Origin: Chloroflexota bacterium
GTDB lineage: Bacteria > Chloroflexota > Limnocylindria > Limnocylindrales > CSP1-4
DNA: 64,000 bases
Assembly: GCA_026004015.1 (NCBI GenBank)
Contig: BPIH01000001.1
Span: 208,398-272,397 of the forward strand
Direction of reading: 5' to 3'
Shown here in pieces: positions 49,260 through 59,217 of this stretch; within the stretch, counting starts at the first letter, position 1; each line of letters begins with the position of its first letter. Both the position numbers and the translations under genes were made by a program. Under the pieces are notes generated by a model. The model saw nothing but the letters and a program-made list of their open reading frames with translations. It searched no databases and was not told where the DNA came from.

Positions 49260-49799
49260 GTGATCGGTGAGACTACGAAGACCCGTACGGACTCGGAGGC
49301 GACGGTGACCGAGGCACCCGATGCGACCGTCGAGCGCTCCGCGCGCCCGGCGGTCGTCCACACGACCCGCGAGATCGAGGGGCTCATTCCCCACCGCTGG
49401 CCGTTCCTGTTGGTCGACCGGATCGTCGAGTACGACCCCGAGGCGCGGCGGATCGTCGGCGAGAAGGCGGTGACGGCGACCGAGTGGTTCTTCGGTGGCC
49501 ACTTCCCGGGCCTGCCCGTCATGCCCGGCGTCCTCCAGGTCGAAGCCCTCGCCCAGACGATGGCCGTCTACGTCGCCAAGCAGCCCGGCTTCGGCGACCG
49601 GATCGGTCTCTTCGCCGGGATCGACGAGTGCCGCTTCAAGCGGGTCGTCGTCCCCGGCGACGTCCTTCGGCTTGAGGTGACCATGGAGAAGCTCGGGTCC
49701 CGCTTCGGCCGAGGCCGGGGCGTGGCGAGCGTCGCGGGTGAGGTCGCCTGCGAGGCGACGCTCAGCTTCATCATTCCGCCCGAGGGGGTCCTTCGGTGA
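49260..49799 (+). CDS. fabZ: 3-hydroxyacyl-ACP dehydratase
   Basis: LIPHRWPFLLVDRI, FFGGHFPGLPVMPGVLQVEALAQ. GTG 49260 follows GGAGGA. Confidence 0.88.
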   Translation: MIGETTKTRTDSEATVTEAPDATVERSARPAVVHTTREIEGLIPHRWPFLLVDRIVEYDPEARRIVGEKAVTATEWFFGGHFPGLPVMPGVLQVEALAQTMAVYVAKQPGFGDRIGLFAGIDECRFKRVVVPGDVLRLEVTMEKLGSRFGRGRGVASVAGEVACEATLSFIIPPEGVLR

Positions 49800-49830
49800 G
49801 CCGCCGGTCGTTCCGGCAGAATCGGTGCCC

Positions 49831-50577
49831 ATGACCACGAAACTCGCCGTCCTCTCCGACATCCACGGCAACATCCTCGCCCTCGAGGCCGTCCGCAAGG
49901 CTCTCGCCGCCGAGGCGCCGGATGCCATCCTCCTCGCCGGCGACTACGTCCTCAACGGCCCCCGGCCGGCGGCGACCGTCGACGCCGTCCGCGAGCTCGA
50001 GGCGCAGGGCGCCCTCGTCATCCAGGGCAACACCGACATCGCCGTCGCCGACTTCGACTTCGCGGCCGCCTTCCCCTGGTTCACCGACGGCGTCCCCGAG
50101 TCCTTCCGGATCGCCGCCGAGTGGGCCCACGACGAGCTCGGCGAGGAGCGCCTCGAATGGCTCCGCCGCCTCCCGGCCGAACGCCGGCTCCGGGTCGACG
50201 ACGCCCTCGTCCTCCTCTGCCACGCCTCGCCCGGCTCCCAGACCGCCGGCCTCGGGGCCGACCTCGACGCGGCAGCCATCCTCGACCGGATCAGCCGGAC
50301 CGACGCCCGGGTCATCTGCTGCGGCCACACCCACGTCCCCGAGGTCCGCGACTTCGGCTGGCGCTGGATCGTGAACGACGGCTCGGCGGGCTACGTCTTC
50401 GACGGCAACCCGACCGCCTCCTACGCCATCGTCACCGTCGACGGCGACGAGGTCCGGGCCGAGATCAAGCGGGCCGAGTTCGACGTCATGGCCGTCGCCA
50501 ACGAGATCTCCGCCCGCGGTCTGCCGGGCGACGTCTACCGGGCGGCGACGGTTCGGACCGGGAAGCTCGTCCGCTGA
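49831..50577 (+). CDS. metallophosphoesterase (calcineurin-like, YfcE/MJ0936-type)
   Basis: LAVLSDIHGN, LLAGDYV, GNTD, CCGHTHVP. Confidence 0.8.
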   Translation: MTTKLAVLSDIHGNILALEAVRKALAAEAPDAILLAGDYVLNGPRPAATVDAVRELEAQGALVIQGNTDIAVADFDFAAAFPWFTDGVPESFRIAAEWAHDELGEERLEWLRRLPAERRLRVDDALVLLCHASPGSQTAGLGADLDAAAILDRISRTDARVICCGHTHVPEVRDFGWRWIVNDGSAGYVFDGNPTASYAIVTVDGDEVRAEIKRAEFDVMAVANEISARGLPGDVYRAATVRTGKLVR

Positions 50578-50609
50578 CGCAGGATCGCGACGGAGGATCG
50601 ACGAGACCG

Positions 50610-51892
50610 ATGCCTGACCACCAGTCCGGGGGGAGCCGGCCGAACGGCCGCCGCGTCGTCGTCACCGGGATGGGTGCCGTCACCGCCCTCGGACAGGGGG
50701 TCGGACCGACCTGGGCGGGGCTCGTCGCCGGGCGCTCCGGGGATCCGTCGAATCGCGAGCTTCGACTCCGTCGCGGCTGCCATCCCAGATCGCCGCCGAG
50801 GTCCTCGACTTCGACCCCTCCGCCGTCCTCGACCGCAAGGAGATCCGGCGGATGGACCGCTACATCCAGTTCGGTCTCGTCGCGGCCCGCGAAGCCCTCG
50901 ACCAGGCCGGGCTGCCGCCGCGGCTCGACGGCCGCCTCGCGGAGCGGACCGGGGTCTTCCTCGGCTCCGGACTCGGCGGCGTCGGCACGATCGTCGAGAA
51001 CCTCCTCACCTTCGCCGCCCGCGGCCCCGACCGGCTCAGCCCCTTCTTCATCCCGATGGGGATCGCCAACGTCGGGTCGGGCCAGATCGCGATCAGCTTC
51101 GGGCCGCTCGGGCCGAACTTCGCGACGGTCTCGGCCTGCGCGACCGGCGGCCACGCCATCGGCGAGGCGTGGGAGACGATCCGTCGTGGCGACGCCGACG
51201 TCATGCTCGCCGGCGGCTCGGAGGCCGGGATCTTCGAGCCCCTCGTCGGGGCCTTCTGCGCGATGCGGGCCCTCTCGACCCGGAACGACGATCCACCGGC
51301 GGCGTCCCGGCCCTTCGACCGCGACCGCGACGGCTTCGTCATGGGCGAGGGGGCGGGGGTCCTCGTCCTCGAAGCCCTCGAGCATGCCGAGGCCCGCGGC
51401 GCCGAACCCCTCGCCGAGCTCGTCGGCTACGGCGCCACCGCCGACGCCTCCCACATCACCCTCCCCGCCCCGGGCGGGATCGGTGCCGTCCGGGCCGCTC
51501 GCCGGGCCCTCGAGAAGGCGGGCCTGCCGCCCGACGCGGTCGACCACGTGAACGCCCACGCCACCTCGACCCCGGAGGGCGACCCGGCCGAGCTCCAGGC
51601 GATCCGGACGATCTTCGGCGACCACGCCCCGAAGGTCGCCATCACGGCCAACAAGTCGATGCTCGGCCACACCCTCGGGGCGGCCGGGGCGATCGAGGCG
51701 ATCGCCACCATCCGCACCCTCCAGACCGGGCTCATCCCGCCGATCCTCAACCTCGAGGTACCCGACGAGGCGGGGATCGGGCTCGATCTCGTCGCCGGTC
51801 GAGCGGTCGAGCGGCCGGTGCGGGTCGCCATCTCGAACTCCTTCGGCTTCGGGGGCCAGAACACGGCCCTCGTCTTCCGGCGCTGGGAGTGA
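50610..51892 (+). CDS. fabF: 3-oxoacyl-ACP synthase II, two frameshifts (~50738 and ~50768)
   Basis: RRVVVTGMGAVTALG (frame 0), IRRIASFD (frame 1), then LPSQIAAEVLDFDP...SACATGGHAIG...HATSTPEGD...GHTLGAAG (frame 2, ORF 50852..51892). Confidence 0.9.
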
Positions 51893-51972
51893 GCCGTGGC
51901 GACGGATCGGGAGCCGGCGGTGGCCGTCGTGAGCGGCAGGCGGAGCGGCGCGTCGGGCCCGCGCTGGTCGAC

Positions 51973-52550
51973 GTGCCGAGGCGCCCGCTGAGGGCTCGGT
52001 GCCTGGTCTCGAGCCCGGACGTCGACGCCCTCCTCGGCCTCGTCGACCGCCTGGCCGACGTCCTGGCGGCGAGCGAGCTCGAGGAGCTCGAGGTCGAGGC
52101 CGGGGGGACGACCCTTCGGGTCCGGCGGACCGTCGCCGACCCGCAGCCGCCGACGATGGTTGAGCCAGAGCCCCCGGGCGGCGCTTCGGTCTGCGGCGAC
52201 CCGGTCCGAGGCCGGCACACCACTGGGGGAGGCCGAGGCGACCCCGCCCGATGGGGGCGCCGACACCGCCAGCCGCTGCCGGAGCCGCCGAAGCGCCGGA
52301 GGCCCCGCCGCGACCGTTCGTCAAGGCGCCCCTCACCGGGATCTGGTACGCCTCCCCGGCCCCCGGGACCGCCCCCTTCGTCCAGGTCGGCGGCGAGGTG
52401 GCCGTCGGCCAGGTCATCGGGCTCATCGAGGCGATGAAGCTCTTCAACGAGATCAAGTCCGATCTCGCCGGGCGGGTCGTCCGGATCTGCGTCGAGAACG
52501 GCCAGCTCGTGAAGGCAAAGCAGCCGCTCATCGAGGTCGAGCCGCTCTGA
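51973..52550 (+). CDS. accB: acetyl-CoA carboxylase biotin carboxyl carrier protein, frameshift(s) in the Pro/Ala linker (~52170-52250); start approximate
   Basis: N-domain VDALLGLVDRLADVLAASELEELEVEAGGTTLRVRR in one frame. C-domain FVKAPLTGIWYASPAPG...VIGLIEAMKLFNEIKSDLAGRVV (ORF 52251..52550) has the biotinyl-lysine motif. Confidence 0.8.
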
Positions 52551-52599
52551 TGGAACCCCGGATCGTCCCGTCCCCTGCGCAGCCCGAGGTGGATCGTCG

Positions 52600-53862
52600 A
52601 TGAAGCTCGTCGCCCGCGACGCCGCCCGCGCGCCGCCCACATCACCGGTTGGGGCTACTACGCGCCGGCCGCCGTCCTGACGAACCATGATCTCGAGCGG
52701 CTCGTCGACACCTCCGACGAATGGATCGTCACCCGGACCGGGATCCGCGAGCGGCGGGTCGCGGCGGCCGGGGAGACGACGGCCTCCATGGGCGCCATCG
52801 CCGGGCGGCGGGCGATCGCCGTCGCCGGCCTCGACCCCGACGACATCGACATCATCCTCGTCGCCACCCTCACCCCCGACTACTGGATGCCGTCGACGGC
52901 TGCCCTCGTGAAGGAGGCGATCGGGAACACGACGGCGGCGGCGATGGACGTGGCGGCGGCCTGCTCGGGCTTCGTCTATGCCTTCGCGACCGCCCAGGCG
53001 TACGTGACGGCGGGCCTCGCCCGGCACGTCCTCGTCGTCGGCTCGGAGCTCCTCACCCGCTTCCTCGACTACACCGACCGGAGCACCTGCATCCTCTTCG
53101 GCGACGGGGCCGGGGCGGTCGTCGTCTCGGGCTCGGACGAGCCCGGTGGGGCGCTCGGGATCGAGCTGACGACGGAACCCTCGGGGGCGTACATGATCTG
53201 GCTCCCGGCCGGCGGGGCCGCCGCGCCACCGTCGCACGAGACCGTCGACCGACGCCAGCACTTCATCCGGATGGAGGGCCGCGAGACGTACCGCTTCGCG
53301 ACCCGGACCCTCGCCGCCTCGGCCCTCGCCGCCATCGAGCGGGCCGGCTGGCGCCCCGAGGACATCGACCTCTTCATCCCCCACCAGGCGAACATCCGGA
53401 TCATCGAGTCGGTGGCGAAGGGGCTCGGGCTGCCGATGGAGAAGATGTTCGTCAACCTCGACCGCTACGGGAACACCTCGGCCGCCTCGGTCCCGATCGC
53501 TCTCGCCGAGGCGGTCGATGCCGGGCCGGGTGAAGGTCGGCGACCGGCTCGTCTTCGTCGCCTTCGGGGCGGGCTTCACGTCGGGGGCAGTCGCCCTCGA
53601 GTGGACGGCCGACCCGACGCGGGGGCGGTTGGCGGCGACGATCCGCCCCGAGGACGTCCGGGTCCGGCCGCCGACCGACTGGGATGCCGTCGACCCGATC
53701 CCGCCGGCGTTGGCCGAGGTCCTCGCCCGACCGGGACCGGTGCCGCTCGCTCTCGAGGCGGTCGTGCCCGACGTCGCCCCGGACGACGCCCCCGGCGCCT
53801 CCGATGCGGTGCCCGACGCCGCCCCCGACGAGGTGGGCTCGGGCGCGTCGCGGAGGCCGTAG
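52600..53862 (+). CDS. fabH: 3-oxoacyl-ACP synthase III, two frameshifts (~52630 and ~53520), with ~85-aa Pro/Asp/Ala-rich C-terminal tail
   Basis: MKLVARDAARA (frame 1). AHITGWGYYAP...DTSDEWIVTRTGIRER...AAACSGF...HQANIRI...GNTSAASVP (frame 0). VKVGDRLVFVAFGAGFTSGAVALEW (frame 1). Confidence 0.9.
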
Positions 53863-54013
53863 GGCCGCAGGCGGTCGCGTCCTCATTCGTTCCTCTCGCG
53901 GTCGCCGACGGGCTCGCCCAGCCGCGCGCCCGGATAACTCGGCGATGAGCGGCCGTGCCTATCGTCCCGCCGAGGCAGTCGTGATGCGTGGGAGCGAGTG
54001 CACGAGGTGATCC

Positions 54014-54439
54014 TTGGGAACCGGCCCGCCCGGCGCCCGCGGTACTGGGCACCGTGCCCGTCCTCGCCGGACCGGGCGCTCGGCAGCGTTCGCCGACGAG
54101 GACGTTGTCGTGCGCTTGGGCTACTCGCGCCCGGGTGCGATCCAGCGGAGCGCTCGGAACCACCACCGCGTGTTTGGGTTCTATGGCGTCTCGGTGTATT
54201 GTCTTCCGGGCATGAGCGCCGAGGCGATTGCGGCCAGCCTGAGGCAACCGCACGATGTCTTTCGGGCATCGATGGTCGGCCGCCTCCGGCAGGCCGGGTT
54301 CGAGCTCACGGACCCGGAACCCGATGGGCATTGCCTCGTCATTCTGGAGGACGACGCGGAGGAGACCTGCCGCCGACTCGAGGGCGTGTTCGACGCGCCG
54401 CGTCCGCGACGGGCCAAGGAGATGGACCATGGGGATTGA
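54014..54439 (+). CDS. hypothetical protein A (alternative start GTG 54110)
   Basis: Protein-like sequence RLGYSRPGAIQRSARNHHRVFGFYGVSVYCLPGMSAEAIAASL...GHCLVILEDDAEETCRRLEGVF in a lower-GC segment. No family recognised. Confidence 0.45.
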   Translation: MGTGPPGARGTGHRARPRRTGRSAAFADEDVVVRLGYSRPGAIQRSARNHHRVFGFYGVSVYCLPGMSAEAIAASLRQPHDVFRASMVGRLRQAGFELTDPEPDGHCLVILEDDAEETCRRLEGVFDAPRPRRAKEMDHGD

Positions 54440-54827
54440 CCGACACCGTAGCCGCCGGGGGTCTCGAGGGGTCGTGACCGCGGAGCCTCCGCGTGCGCTC
54501 GTCGACTTCAATGACCTCCACGGGGGCCGGCTGATCGTCTCGCTCGCGGACCTCACGGGCATGCTGCCGGGTCCCGGCGACCCGATCGTCCTCACCGACG
54601 ACGACGGCAACCTGTGTATCGGTCGCGTCGACGAGACCGAGGAGGCGTATCTCCTCGTCCGTCCCTTGTGGGAGACCTGGCGCTCGACCTCGCCCAAACT
54701 GACATCCGCCTGGGCAGAGACCGAGCGTCCGTCGGTGCTCATCCTTGCTGGCGACGCCGCAGGGACGCAGCCCGCCGGCGAGGTCAGAACCCGGGTCAGG
54801 GACTGGTCGAGCCGATGGGCGAGTTGA
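54429..54827 (+). CDS. hypothetical protein B (alternative start GTG 54474)
   Basis: ATG 54429 overlaps the end of gene A by 11 nt. LVDFNDLHGGRLIVSLADLTGMLPGPGDPIVLTDDDGNLCIGRVDETEEAYLLVRPLWETW looks like a small beta-barrel domain. No family recognised. Confidence 0.45.
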   Translation: MGIDRHRSRRGSRGVVTAEPPRALVDFNDLHGGRLIVSLADLTGMLPGPGDPIVLTDDDGNLCIGRVDETEEAYLLVRPLWETWRSTSPKLTSAWAETERPSVLILAGDAAGTQPAGEVRTRVRDWSSRWAS

Positions 54828-55234
54828 AGGTCACGGCTCTCCTGTGCGACGCGGCTCAGGTCGCCGAGGGAAAGCTGTATGTCCTCGGAGGCGGTTGGTC
54901 GATCTATCGCTCGCCCGGCCGGGTATCGATGGCAGTCGCGATCAAGATCGACGTCCCGTGGACCGATGCCAATCGGAAGATCCCGTTTCGGGCCGAATTG
55001 GTCACCGAAGACGGGGTAGCGGTGACGGACCCGGATGGGCGACCGGTCCGCCTGGAAGCGACGCTGGAAGTCGGGCGACCGCCTGGTCTGCCTGCTGGAA
55101 CCCCGCTCGACCTCCCGCTCGCCTTTCGGATCGATATACCGTTAGGTGGCGGGGGCTACCGTTGGGACTTCTTCATCGATGACAGAAAAGCGACCGAGAT
55201 CTCATTCCTGGTTCTCGGGGTTCAGGGCGCCTGA
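54815..55234 (+). CDS. hypothetical protein C (139 aa, beta-rich)
   Basis: ATG 54815 overlaps the end of gene B by 13 nt. MGELKVTALLCDAAQVAEGKLYVLGGGWSIYRSPGRVSMAVAIKIDVPW.... No family recognised with certainty. Confidence 0.55.
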   Translation: MGELKVTALLCDAAQVAEGKLYVLGGGWSIYRSPGRVSMAVAIKIDVPWTDANRKIPFRAELVTEDGVAVTDPDGRPVRLEATLEVGRPPGLPAGTPLDLPLAFRIDIPLGGGGYRWDFFIDDRKATEISFLVLGVQGA

Positions 55235-55256
55235 CCTCGGCGAGGGTGGGCGCCCG

Positions 55257-55457
55257 GTGGTTGATCCCATCGCCGCGGCGGAGGGCGCGCTCGCTGATCT
55301 GCTTCTGCCGACCACGCCAACCGAGTCCACCGGTGAGGAGGCAGCCGGGACCCGCGTGGCGTTCGACATCGACGCCCTGCGCCGGGAGGCACGCGAGTCG
55401 GAGCGCCTGGCGGAGGAGCGACGCTGGGGCGACAAAGAGCGGCAAGGGGGGCGGTGA
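55257..55457 (+). CDS. possible small charged protein D (66 aa)
   Basis: GTG 55257 follows GAGGGTGGG. C-terminal half is a charged helix (ALRREARESERLAEERRWGDKERQ). Weak call. Confidence 0.3.
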   Translation: MVDPIAAAEGALADLLLPTTPTESTGEEAAGTRVAFDIDALRREARESERLAEERRWGDKERQGGR

Positions 55458-55604
55458 CCTCTTCCGGGCGCTGCCTTCTGCCCGAAGGCGGCCGGCTCCG
55501 CGGTTCGATCCCCCTCGTGAAGGAAGCGGCGGCCGCCGGATGGTAGTCCGTCAAGCGGCGCAGCGCGGGTTCCCGTCACGAGCGATCGGTGCGCCCGCGC
55601 TCCG

Positions 55605-57966
55605 ATGACCGCCCTCGCTGCCGTTTGGGCGACGTTCGTTGCCGTCTTCGTCTTCTTCGTCGGGGGGACGTACGGCGGGAACTCGGTCGTCTGGGCGCAG
55701 GCGGTCACCTGGGTCGGTGCAGCGACCGTGCTGGGGGGCTGGCTCGTCGTCGCCGTCCGGCGGCCCGAGCTGCGACCGACGGGACCGCTCCCGATGGCGA
55801 TCCTCGTCGCGAGCGGCGCCTTCGCCCTCTCCGGCCTTGCCTCGGTCCGACGCGCGGCTCTCCTTCGAGCCGATGCTCATCGGCCTGGCAACCGCGCTCT
55901 GCTTCCTCGCCCTCCTCGGGCTCCTCCGGGTCCCCGGGGCGCGGCGGCGGGCGGGCTCGCTCGTCATCGTCCTCGCCGTCGCGGTGGCCGTCGGCTACCT
56001 CGGCCAGGTCCTCGTCGAATGGGCGAACTGGTGGCTCCTCGTCGGGCGGGTGACGCAACCGCCGCTCCGGCCGAACTGGGCGGGCCTCACTTTCGGCTCG
56101 CCGAACCTCGTCGCCACCGTGCTCCTCCTCCTCGGGCCGCTGGCCACGGTCCTCATCGCCGGACGGGCCGGTCGGGCCGCCGCCGTCGGGCTTGCCGTCG
56201 CCGCCGGTCTCGCCATCTTCCTGACCGGGTCGCGGGGTGGGTACATCGGGGCGGCGGCGGCGCTCGTCGTCGGTCTCGGGCTCGTCGCGGTCCGGACTGG
56301 TCGGTCTGAGGCTTCGACCCGGGGTGCGGCGGTCACCGGATCGGGCCGCGGGCTGCGTGCCGTGCTCGGAAGCGTGCCCCGCTGGGCGATCGCCGTCGTC
56401 GGTGCGACGGGCGTCCTCGGTGCCCTGGCGGCCGGCCCGGCCCTCCTCGCTCGGTTCGCCGTCGGCGGGGCCGACGACCGCCTCGGGTTCTGGCGGACGG
56501 CGATCGCGACGTTCCTCGACCATCCGTGGACCGGCGGGGGACCGGGGACGTGGGCCCAGCTCCGCTACGCCTACCTCGGCCCCGACGACCCGACGTACGC
56601 GGTTCCCCACACCCACAATCTCTACGTCCAGGTCCCCGCCGAGCTCGGCCTCCTCGGGACGGCCGCGCTCGGGCTCGCCGTCGCGGTCTTCGGGCGGGTC
56701 TGGTGGCGCCGCTGGAGGGGTGTCCGCGGGCCGAGGGACGCTGGCCAAGCCGCCCCGCTCGAGGCCGCCGCCGTCCTGGCGGGCCTCGCCGGCCTCGCCG
56801 GGCAGTCCCTCGTCGACAACCTCGTGAACCTGCCCGGGATCTCCCTCGCCGTCGCCCTCCTCGTTGCCTGGGTCGGGGCGGGGGACGACGGCGTGGGCTT
56901 GAGGGCGGGGACTTCGCGACTCGGCCGAGCCCTCGCCGACGGGCGGCTCGCGACCGCGGGAGCCGGCGTCCTCGCCGCCATCCTCCTCGCCGCTGCCCCG
57001 ACGCTCGTTCGGGCGCAGCTCGCTGCCGTCCGGGCCGAGGGCGGGAACGCCGCGGCGAACGCCGGCGACTGGCAGGCGGCCCTCGCCTCGTACGAGGCCG
57101 CCCTCGCCCTCGACCCCGATTTCACCCTCTACCAGCTCGAGCGAGGTGTCGCCCTCGCCCACCTCGGCCGCCTGGCCGAAGCCCGCGAGGCGTACGCGCT
57201 GGCCGCCCCGGTCGACCTTGTGCCCGAGAACGTCATCGCCCTCGCCACGCTCGAATGGCGGCTTGGCAACCTCGACGCCGCCGTCACGGCGGCCGAGGAC
57301 GCCTTGCGGCGCGGCGCCCGATCGGCCCTCGTCGCCCTGAATGCTGGTCGGATCTTCGAGGCGGCCGGCTTGCTCGGGCAGGCGGCCGACGCCTACGCCG
57401 CGGCCCTGGCCGACGAACCGGCCCTCGGCCGATCGACGTACTGGCGGGCTGCCGTCCGTCGCCTCGACCTCGTCGATCTCGCCTTCCGGGCCCGCGACGT
57501 CGTCCTCCGCCGTGAGCCGACCGACCACGGTCGCGCCGCCCTCGTCTTCGCCTACGCCGGGCTGGCGCGCGAGGCGATGGACGAGACGGACGCGGTCGCG
57601 GATCCGGAGGAGCGAGCCTTCCTCCGGCTCGTCGTCGCGGGCATCGACGGCGATGCGGCGGCCGTTGCGGAGATTCGCCGCCGTGCCGTCGCCGACCCGC
57701 TCGACTTCGAGGCGGTCGGCTGGGCGGCACGGTTCGCCGGTGTCGCCGGCGACCCCGACGCCGCTCGCCTCCGGACGTGGGCGGCCATCGTCCGGAACGA
57801 TGCCGCCGACGGCCTCGTCTTCGAGCGCTCGGTCGTCCCGGCGCCCGATCCGCAGCGGGTCTTCGGGATCGTGACGAACTACCCGTTCGCCATCTACCAG
57901 CGGCCGCCGCCCCTCGATCTGCTTCCGCCCGAGGTCCTCGTCATCGGCGCCCGCCTCAGGAGCTGA
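55605..57966 (+). CDS. O-antigen ligase/polymerase-like (Wzy_C) membrane protein with C-terminal TPR-like region, one frameshift near 55848
   Basis: Multiple TMs. FLTGSRGGYIG and VPHTHNLYVQVPAELGLLG family motifs. The C-terminal ~330 aa is Ala-rich and helical-repeat-like (GDWQAALASYEAALALDPDF...). Confidence 0.8.
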
Positions 57967-58014
57967 GCCGGCGGCGTCGAGGGGCCGTCGGCGGCGCGGC
58001 CGGCCGGGGCGGCG

Positions 58015-58350
58015 TCAGTCGGCGATGAGGAACTCGCCCTGCGGGTTGAGCGAGAGCGGATGGTACGACCAGGAGGCCCCGTCGAAGCCGAGGATCATCG
58101 CGCCGAGCGAGGAGGTCGACCGAACCCGCGGTAGCGAGGCCTCGGTCATCGTTGCGAAGATCGGGCCGGAGCCGAAGAAGCGGTAGTCAGTCCGGATCGT
58201 GCCCCCCTCGGTCCCGGTCGTCTCCTCGATGATCCCTGCCGGAACGCCCTCGATGACGGCGTTCCGGAAGCAGCCCAGGACCTCCTTCGGGTTCCCCCAG
58301 ACCGCGCTGCTCCTCGCGCCGGTGCTCCCGGCACCCGCGGCCGGGCCCAT
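58015..58350 (-). CDS. hypothetical protein (111 aa); its ATG lies at the left edge of repeat copy A
   Basis: Protein-like, lower-GC ORF (FRNAVIEGVPAGIIEETTGTEGGTIRTDYRFFGSGPIFATMTEASL...). No family recognised. Confidence 0.4.
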   Translation of the reverse strand: MGPAAGAGSTGARSSAVWGNPKEVLGCFRNAVIEGVPAGIIEETTGTEGGTIRTDYRFFGSGPIFATMTEASLPRVRSTSSLGAMILGFDGASWSYHPLSLNPQGEFLIAD

Positions 58351-58740
58351 CCATTCGCCCGGCGAATGCCACCGAGGGGTGCTTCAACGGCCGGCACCAG
58401 ACATTCGTGCGCTGGATCGTATGCCCGGCCACCCGGCTGCCGCGGCGCCATCCATGCCCCCCACGAATGGTGGACCCGGTCGGTGGCGAGATCGTCGGGC
58501 GACCATTCACCGGGCGCATGACCGACCGCCGCGCGCCCGGGTGACCGCCTCGCTCGGCCTGCTCCCGCCCGCCGAGTCGGCGACCCGAGCCGTTCCCCGC
58601 CGACGGGACCCCGTCGGGCCATTCACCCGGTGCATGGCTGCACGGGCCGACCGGCGGCGCGGGCCGACCGGCGGCACCGGCGGACCTGACCCGGCGGCGC
58701 GGGCCGACCCGACGGGCCGACGGCGACGGCCGCGGTCGCG
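58335..58740. repeat. copy A of an unclassified ~326-nt interspersed repeat plus degenerate tandem-repeat tail
   Basis: Core 58335-58660 aligns by eye base-for-base with 61901-62226. Contains palindromic 17-mers at 58352-58368, 58504-58520 and 58620-58636. The tail 58650-58740 consists of CGGGCCGACC-type units. Confidence 0.85.
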
Positions 58741-58809
58741 CTGGAGCGGCGGGTCCACCAATCGCCGGAGCGGCGTGAAGCACGACAGCTTCCGTATGCG
58801 CCCCGATGA

Positions 58810-59061
58810 CGATGGCCTCCCGGTCGAGCGACGTCGGGTCGCGAGGTCGTCCGCTCCATCGCCGCGCTGGCCGGCGCGCTCGAGCTCGACGTCGTCGCCG
58901 AGGGGGTCGAAACGGGCGAGCAGGTGACGATCCTCCGCGAGCTCGGGGTCGGCCGCGCCCAGGGCTTCCTTTTCGCCCGGCCGATGCCGGCGGCGGCGCT
59001 GGAGGTCTGGGCGGACGCGACCGCCACACCTCGGTCGAGGGTGGCGCCGGCGCGAGCGTAG
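58810..59061 (+). pseudogene. 3'-terminal fragment of an EAL-domain (c-di-GMP phosphodiesterase) gene
   Basis: Frame with no start codon translates to ...[55 protein letters not shown], which is the conserved EAL C-terminal block. An in-frame TGA at 58807 follows right after repeat copy A. Confidence 0.7.
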
Positions 59062-59140
59062 GGGTAGGGGCGCGCCAGGGCCCCCGGGAGCCGCCCACGA
59101 AGGGACCAGCGTCCGTCCCAGAGCGAGGTCGACCCAGGAA

Positions 59141-59176
59141 GTTATAAGTGCGCGAATAGTAGGGCGACTTATAACA
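59141..59176. promoter_or_regulatory. AT-rich inverted repeat GTTATAAGT-N18-ACTTATAAC upstream of the decayed ATPase gene
   Basis: Perfect 9-bp arms at 59141-59149 and 59168-59176, 42 nt upstream of ATG 59218 (RBS GAAGGAGG). A related TTATCATAAGCGCC motif precedes the second ATPase gene. Confidence 0.45.
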
Positions 59177-59217
59177 AGGCGCCGAGGGTTTCGCCACGAA
59201 GACCCGAGAAGGAGGCC

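Noticed and set aside
55490-55560. tRNA-like T-loop sequence GGTTCGATCCCCC.
   Set aside because: Flanking bases do not form a T-stem or an acceptor stem, and no D-arm or anticodon arm can be drawn.
58640-58740. Short tandem repeats in the tails of the two repeat copies (also 62238-62287, 19-mer x2.6), considered as a possible CRISPR array.
   Set aside because: The units are directly adjacent with no spacers, are too short and degenerate, and no cas genes are present.
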